From Aliivibrio fischeri ES114 (lineage in GTDB: Bacteria > Pseudomonadota > Gammaproteobacteria > Enterobacterales > Vibrionaceae), in assembly GCF_000011805.1 (NCBI RefSeq), contig NC_006841.2: a DNA stretch of 32,000 nucleotides; one strand, 5' to 3'. The notes beneath the pieces were generated by a model. The model saw only the letters and a list, made by a program, of their open reading frames with translations, ran no database searches and was not told the origin of the DNA. The position numbers and the translations under genes are program-made. Below, one piece after another: positions 26,903-32,000 of this stretch (position 1 is its first letter; every line of letters starts with the position of its first letter).

Positions 26903-27877
26903 TTAACGATTTAAACGTTGATCAATCTCTACTGCCAGTGCTACTGATGCTCCAACCATTGGGTTATTCCCCATTCCAATAAAACCCATCATCGCAACAT
27001 GTGCAGGTACAGATGAACTTCCAGCAAATTGTGCATCTGCATGCATTCTTCCCATGGTATCTGTCATACCGTAAGATGCAGGACCAGCTGCTACATTATC
27101 AGGGTGTAAAGTTCGTCCTGTACCACCACCAGAGGCCACAGAGAAGTACGGTTTTCCTTGAGATAAACGTTCTTGTTTATAAATGCCAGCAACAGGGTGC
27201 TGAAAACGTGTAGGGTTCGTTGAATTCCCCGTAATGCTCACATCCACATTTGCAGCATGCATAATAGCGGTGCCTTCACGAACATCATCCGCACCATAAC
27301 ATAAAATATCCCCACGCTCTGTTTGCGAAAAACGCTTTCTACTTACTTCAACCAATTCACCGGTTTGATAATTAAATTCTGTTCTTACATAAGTAAAACC
27401 ATTAATACGCGAGATAAGATAAGCGGCATCTTTACCTAAACCATTTAATACCACTCTTAATGGTGTTTGACGTGATTTATTTGCATTTAATGCAATTTTA
27501 ATCGCCCCTTCAGCAGCAGCAAAAGACTCATGACCAGCTAAAAATGCAAAGCACTGAGTTTCTTCCGATAATAAACGAGCTGCTAATGCACCATGACCAA
27601 GTCCAACTTGACGCTGCTCAGCAACACTCCCTTTTTTACAAAATGCTTGTAGCCCTTCACCAATCATAGTTGCAGCGGTTACCGCACTGTTTGCTTTTCG
27701 AAATAGTGCTAAAGCAGAGCCTAAAGTATAAGCATCACACGCATTATCAAAAGCAATCGGCTGAGTATCTAATACCAATTTCTTAGGATCGATCCCAGCT
27801 TCAAGGCAATAATCATATGCTTGCTCAAGTGTTGAGAAGTTCATTTCTTCAAGTAATGTTTGGATATTTGTATTCAT
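26903..27877 (-). CDS. GGGtGRT protein family
   Basis: Contains the diagnostic string 'SGGGTGRTLHPDNVAAGPASYGMTDTMGRMHADAQFAG'. Confidence 0.92.
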   Translation of the reverse strand: MNTNIQTLLEEMNFSTLEQAYDYCLEAGIDPKKLVLDTQPIAFDNACDAYTLGSALALFRKANSAVTAATMIGEGLQAFCKKGSVAEQRQVGLGHGALAARLLSEETQCFAFLAGHESFAAAEGAIKIALNANKSRQTPLRVVLNGLGKDAAYLISRINGFTYVRTEFNYQTGELVEVSRKRFSQTERGDILCYGADDVREGTAIMHAANVDVSITGNSTNPTRFQHPVAGIYKQERLSQGKPYFSVASGGGTGRTLHPDNVAAGPASYGMTDTMGRMHADAQFAGSSSVPAHVAMMGFIGMGNNPMVGASVALAVEIDQRLNR

Positions 27878-27891
27878 AATGATGGCCTCAA

Positions 27892-28584
27892 TTATTCTTG
27901 ACGTGGATCGACAGTTTTTACTGCTTCAGAAAAGCGTCCATAAGTACCCTTAGCACCTTTTAACGCTTCGTCAGCAGAAATACCTTTTCCAATATCAGCC
28001 ATCATTTTGCCAAGATTCAAATACTCATAACCAATCACTTCACTGTCTTCATCAAGACCTAAGCGAGTTACGTATCCTTCGGCTAATTCCATATAACGCA
28101 CACCTTTTGCATTAGTTGAATAACTCGTACCAACTTGGCTTCGTTTGGTTTTACCTAAATCTTCTAATGCAGCTCCAACCTCTAAACCACCTTCAGAGAA
28201 AGCAGATTGAGTTCGACCATAAGCAAATTGAAGGAATATTTCACGCATCGCAACATTGATTGCATCGCATACCAAATCCGTATTCATTGCTTCTAAAATG
28301 GTTTTTCCTGTCAGGATCTCAGCAGCCATTGCTGCAGAATGTGTCATGCCAGAACAGCCAATCGTTTCGATCAGTGCTTCTTCAATAATGCCTTCTTTCA
28401 CATTTAAAGTTAATTTGGCAGCCCCTTGCTGAGGAGCACAAGCACCTACGCCATGACTTAATCCAGAAATCGCTATTACTTCTTTTGGATTAATCATTCT
28501 TCCTTCAACAGGAATTGGTGCTGATGGGTGAAGATCGCCTCTTTGAATAGGGCACATGGTTTGAATTTCAGATGCGTATTGCAT
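27892..28584 (-). CDS. Iron-sulfur cluster assembly scaffold-like protein (NifU/IscU-N-like)
   Basis: 'ETIGCSGMTHSAAMAAEILTGKTILEAMNTDLVCDAINVAMREIFLQFAYGRTQSAFSEGGLEVGAALEDLGK' NifU-like; 14 bp upstream of the GGGtGRT gene. Confidence 0.8.
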   Translation of the reverse strand: MQYASEIQTMCPIQRGDLHPSAPIPVEGRMINPKEVIAISGLSHGVGACAPQQGAAKLTLNVKEGIIEEALIETIGCSGMTHSAAMAAEILTGKTILEAMNTDLVCDAINVAMREIFLQFAYGRTQSAFSEGGLEVGAALEDLGKTKRSQVGTSYSTNAKGVRYMELAEGYVTRLGLDEDSEVIGYEYLNLGKMMADIGKGISADEALKGAKGTYGRFSEAVKTVDPRQE

Positions 28585-28587
28585 AAT

Positions 28588-28610
28588 GTTTTCCCATTGG
28601 TAAGGAAAAC
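28588..28610 (-). promoter_or_regulatory. Start-codon-proximal hairpin (possible expression platform)
   Basis: Minus strand GTTTTCC-ttaccaatg-GGAAAAC, ending 3 nt before the ATG at 28584 and covering the purine-rich SD-like segment. Confidence 0.5.
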
Positions 28611-28737
28611 AGGTGTAGGAGGGTATATGACCTACAGACCAAGAGCGAACAGCAATCTCAATCTAGATAAGTAACTATATAGATACTTATTTGGATTGAC
28701 ATACAACGTCCATTCAACAGATACACCTGTTCTCTAT

Positions 28738-28796
28738 TCTGTAGGAGTCATCAGCCAACATTGGCGGTTAAGTAGGTGGAACCCCATCACCTTTAC
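28738..28796 (-). ncRNA. Fluoride riboswitch aptamer (crcB-type)
   Basis: Minus strand AGGTGATGGGGTTCCCACCTACTTAACCGCCAATGTTGGCTGATGACTCCTACAGA. Stem AGGTG/CACCT, stem GCC/GGC, pseudoknot GGGGTT/GACTCC, conserved GATG, AACCGCC and TGATGACTCCTAC as in known crcB aptamers. Confidence 0.87.
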
Positions 28797-28954
28797 GTAT
28801 TCAATATTAGCTCCAAAGAACACGCAGTCGCAACAGGGTTATTAGACTTATTTTATATATTAAAGCCAACTTTTATATTAGATAAACCATAAAGATTGAG
28901 TATTTATCACTAGTTAAGGTAAGTAATACAACGTAATGTAATATTACTTAAAAC

Positions 28955-29386
28955 TTAAAATCGTGAGCGATAACTACGATGGCATCCATTACAGGTATCC
29001 TGTGCCAGCTCTAAACCAGCTTCTGCCGCCTCTTTATCTTGTTGTTGGCTTGCTTGATATAGCAAAGCAAAACCACTATCCATCTCTTTCATCAGTTGAT
29101 TAAACTTTTCCGGTTTATCCCACACCGCTTTTTTTGCTTTACTGCCTTCTTGGCTCCCTTCAGTAAAAGCCGTATTTAATAATTGACTATGTTGAACCAA
29201 TTGCTGACTGATCGATTCAATTTCGCTCCAATTTAGTACATTTTCATCCATCATCTCTTCTACTTGCTCTGATTGATTTTCAATATGTACAAAAGCCTGT
29301 TGTCTCGCGTTAATTAGGTCAACACTCGCTTGAGCAAATGCAATATTTGGTAATAAAACACATAAACTAATTACTAATTTTTTCAT
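28955..29386 (-). CDS. Cytochrome c' family protein
   Basis: Signal peptide MKKLVISLCVLLPNIAFA, four-helix-like body, C-terminal haem motif 'DTCNGCHRSYR'. Confidence 0.88.
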   Translation of the reverse strand: MKKLVISLCVLLPNIAFAQASVDLINARQQAFVHIENQSEQVEEMMDENVLNWSEIESISQQLVQHSQLLNTAFTEGSQEGSKAKKAVWDKPEKFNQLMKEMDSGFALLYQASQQQDKEAAEAGLELAQDTCNGCHRSYRSRF

Positions 29387-29430
29387 TACGTTCTCTCTTA
29401 ATAGATGTCTGTCTCGCTTCGAGTTGCATT

Positions 29431-29478
29431 TAATTTACATCACAACAGTTGCGCATGCAACTGTTGTGATGTAAATTA
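29431..29478. promoter_or_regulatory. Long inverted-repeat operator in the divergent cytochrome c'/cytochrome b561 intergenic region
   Basis: TAATTTACATCACAACAGTTGC-gcat-GCAACTGTTGTGATGTAAATTA, perfect 22-bp arms. Confidence 0.8.
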
Positions 29479-29520
29479 TCTCTCAGTTAGTTAAAACATC
29501 CATTAATTAGGAACAAGAAA

Positions 29521-30159
29521 ATGAAGATTTGGGATTTACCAACACGCATATATCATTGGCTTCAAGCACTGCTTTTTATCGGATTAGCCGCAAGTGGTTT
29601 TAATGGTGAAGGACCACATATCTATTTAGGTTTGGCTCTTTTTACTCTTATTTTATGGCGTATTGTGTGGGGCTTTATCGGAAGTGACACGAGCCGTTTT
29701 AAACAATTTATTTCTTCTCCAAAACGTACAATTTCTTATTTATTAGGAAAAGAACCATCAAAAGCAGGTCATAATCCAGCGGGATCTTGGATGGTTATTG
29801 GGTTGATTTCCACCTTATTCATTCAATGCATTACTGGAATTGCATTAGCAGGATTATTCGATCACATCCCTTATGCCGATATTGTATTAAATGACAATGT
29901 CTTTGATGTTTTTGTTACTCTACATGGAGTATGTGCACGCTTATTACCTGTATTAGTCGTATTGCATTTAGTCGCCATTCTCTTTTATAAATTACGCTCA
30001 AAGCCGCTTGTTTGGGCAATGATCACTGGCGTACAAAAGAAACTTACAGAACATCAAATGTCATCAAATCTAGTGTTTGTATCAAATAAGCGTGCATTAT
30101 TAGTGCTAATTGCAACAGGATTAGTTACCATTGCAATAGTTGTAAGCGCAGGAGTTTGA
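29521..30159 (+). CDS. Cytochrome b561-type di-haem membrane protein
   Basis: 'MKIWDLPTRIYHWLQALLFIGLAASGF', 'GLALFTLILWRIVWGFIGSDTSRFKQF', 'LHGVCARLLPVLVVLHLVAILFYKL'. Confidence 0.9.
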   Translation: MKIWDLPTRIYHWLQALLFIGLAASGFNGEGPHIYLGLALFTLILWRIVWGFIGSDTSRFKQFISSPKRTISYLLGKEPSKAGHNPAGSWMVIGLISTLFIQCITGIALAGLFDHIPYADIVLNDNVFDVFVTLHGVCARLLPVLVVLHLVAILFYKLRSKPLVWAMITGVQKKLTEHQMSSNLVFVSNKRALLVLIATGLVTIAIVVSAGV

Positions 30160-30164
30160 ACACA

Positions 30165-30590
30165 ATGGAAGAATTTGATCGTCAAAGTAGCTTTGGTTGG
30201 ATGATAAATGTCATTGCTAATCAAGCATCAAAACGTTTCGAAACAGAATTAAAACAGCACGGCTTAACTGTTGCGCTGTGGCCAACCATGATGTGCCTAT
30301 GGGAAGAGGAAGGAGTAACTCAACGTGATATTGCTGAAAAGTCAAAAGTGGAAAACTCCACAACCACTCGAACATTAGATAAGTTAGAAAAACTTGGTCT
30401 TGTTGAACGACAAGCAGATCCCAATAGTCGTCGTTCCTTTCGAATTTACTTAACTGATGAAGGTCGAGCATTAAAAGAAACCCTTTTGCCAATCCCTATT
30501 AAAGTAAATAAAGAAATACTTAGCTCTCTTGATCTAAATGAGCAAAAAGAGATGATTCGACTACTGCAAAAAATGGTCGCAGCTGTATAA
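30165..30590 (+). CDS. MarR-family transcriptional regulator
   Basis: 'WEEEGVTQRDIAEKSKVENSTTTRTLDKLEKLGLVERQADPNSRRSFRIYLTDEG'; ATG at 30165, caller uses TTG at 30156 overlapping the b561 stop. Confidence 0.93.
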   Translation: MEEFDRQSSFGWMINVIANQASKRFETELKQHGLTVALWPTMMCLWEEEGVTQRDIAEKSKVENSTTTRTLDKLEKLGLVERQADPNSRRSFRIYLTDEGRALKETLLPIPIKVNKEILSSLDLNEQKEMIRLLQKMVAAV

Positions 30591-30611
30591 ATATTACTCT
30601 TTTAAACTAAT

Positions 30612-30641
30612 AAATAGCCCAAATCATCATGGGCTATTTTT
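30612..30641 (+). terminator. Rho-independent terminator after the marR-like gene
   Basis: AAATAGCCC-aaatcatcat-GGGCTATTTTT. Confidence 0.85.
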
Positions 30642-30853
30642 GTATCTACGCCACCTTCATATCCAAATCAAAGCCCTCACAGATACTAAGAGAACTAATC
30701 TATTTTTCTCTATTTATTATTTTAGCAATCGAAGCTAAACGTGATTTAGATCGCATTTAATTAGGCCTAATCGTCTTTTTTGCGCCATTAATTTGCTTTT
30801 CAACTGCTAAAAATGCCCATAATAAAAAGGAATTTAATTAGAGTACAAAGGAT

Positions 30854-31411
30854 ATGTATTTACATATGGCTATCGCAGCGCCCAGAATCTTGTGTCCAGA
30901 TATGGATTCTGACACAACAAAAAAATGGATTTTTCGAGAACCTTCGAGGACAGACGGTGACGATGTTTACGCATTGATCACCGAGTGTCCTCCTCTTGAT
31001 ATAAACTCTTCATACTGCAACTTTCTTCAAGCTACTCATTTCAGTAAAACCTGCGTTTTGGCAGAGAAAGATGGCGATCTCGCTGGCTTTATCTCTGGGT
31101 ATCAAGAACCTGATGAACCGAATACGCTGTTCATATGGCAAGTCGCCGTCTCCCCACGTTACCGAGGTAAAGGTTTAGCGTTTTCTATGCTAACCACGCT
31201 TTTAGAGCGAAAAAACCTTCTGCATATCGAATTTATAGAAACCACAATAACCAAAGCAAATAACGCCTCTTGGTCACTATTTAAAAAAATTGATGCCCAA
31301 TATGGAAATCAAGGGCAAGTCACTACGTTTCTAGATAAAGAATCACACTTTAAAGGCAAGCACGATACAGAGTATTTGTATCGTATCCCTCTAAAATCTT
31401 CACAAAAATAG
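30854..31411 (+). CDS. ectA: L-2,4-diaminobutyrate N-acetyltransferase
   Basis: '[84 protein letters not shown]', upstream of ectB. Confidence 0.95.
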   Translation: MYLHMAIAAPRILCPDMDSDTTKKWIFREPSRTDGDDVYALITECPPLDINSSYCNFLQATHFSKTCVLAEKDGDLAGFISGYQEPDEPNTLFIWQVAVSPRYRGKGLAFSMLTTLLERKNLLHIEFIETTITKANNASWSLFKKIDAQYGNQGQVTTFLDKESHFKGKHDTEYLYRIPLKSSQK

Positions 31412-31431
31412 GAATCATAAACGGACTCATC

Positions 31432-32000
31432 ATGAATATTTTCAAGAAGCAAGAATCACAAGTGCGCTCATACTCAAACAATTTCCCAGTTGTTTTTCAA
31501 AAAGCAAAAGGCAGCTGGCTAGAAACTGAAAATGGAGAGCGTTACCTAGACTTCCTTGCCGGAGCCGGATCACTTAACTACGGTCACAACAACCCAGTCT
31601 TAAAGCAAGCTTTACTTGAATACATCGAAAACGACGGTATCACTCATGGCTTAGACATGCACTCTAGTGCAAAAGCCACATTTTTAAATGCCCTGAGCCG
31701 TTATATTCTCGAACCAAGAAACCTAGAATACAAGGTACAGTTCACGGGACCTACAGGTACCAATGCTGTTGAGGCCGCTTTAAAACTGGCACGAAAAGTC
31801 ACTAACCGAACCAATATTGTCGCGTTCACTAATGGCTTTCATGGTTGTACAGCCGGAGCACTGGCGGCAACGGGGAATCAACACCATCGCCAAGGTGCCG
31901 GTGTTAGCTTAAGCAATATTACACGCATTCCTTTTGAAGGTTATGCTGATATCGATGGACTTAACCTGTTTGAGACCATGCTATCTGACAATTCAAGCGG
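31432..32000 (+). CDS. ectB: Diaminobutyrate--2-oxoglutarate transaminase, N-terminal part (runs off the window)
   Basis: Translated from 31432: [84 protein letters not shown]... ; '[22 protein letters not shown]'. Confidence 0.95.
   Translation, partial: MNIFKKQESQVRSYSNNFPVVFQKAKGSWLETENGERYLDFLAGAGSLNYGHNNPVLKQALLEYIENDGITHGLDMHSSAKATFLNALSRYILEPRNLEYKVQFTGPTGTNAVEAALKLARKVTNRTNIVAFTNGFHGCTAGALAATGNQHHRQGAGVSLSNITRIPFEGYADIDGLNLFETMLSDNSS

Noticed and set aside
1-32000. CRISPR arrays, tRNA or rRNA genes, known transposases
   Set aside because: No regularly spaced direct repeats, no tRNA/rRNA signature and no transposase-like ORF were seen by eye.

Overview
The window looks like Vibrionaceae DNA (Aliivibrio/Vibrio-like), judged only from gene content. 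From left to right it contains:
(1) the end of an ABC-transporter operon (two permeases, an ATPase, a HAD-IB phosphatase);
(2) a CspA-family gene with a long leader;
(3) a minus-strand block (about 3.7-13.4 kb) encoding a halovibrin-like secreted NAD+-glycohydrolase, two RCC1/BLIP-II-like 'AWGD..GG' repeat proteins, an Ig-like/Lcl (DUF1566-like) secreted protein, an Ig-like lipoprotein, an OmpA-family protein and a 95-aa orphan. Upstream of it lies a catalytic-domain-only tyrosine recombinase (13.8-14.7 kb);
(4) EmrA/EmrB-like efflux genes followed by a second halovibrin paralog;
(5) ordinary chromosomal genes: MscS-type channel, FMN reductase, LysR, TPR, LysE, Lrp, a CDF-like protein;
(6) a GGGtGRT protein plus a NifU-like Fe-S scaffold gene, preceded by what reads as a fluoride (crcB-type) riboswitch;
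(7) divergent cytochrome c' and cytochrome b561-MarR genes separated by a perfect 22-bp-arm inverted repeat;
(8) the start of the ectoine operon (ectA, ectB').
The best candidates for something undescribed are the exported multi-protein locus with its terminal NAD-glycohydrolase and adjacent recombinase, and the fluoride aptamer in front of GGGtGRT/NifU-like genes. All calls come from reading the sequence; no database search was run.
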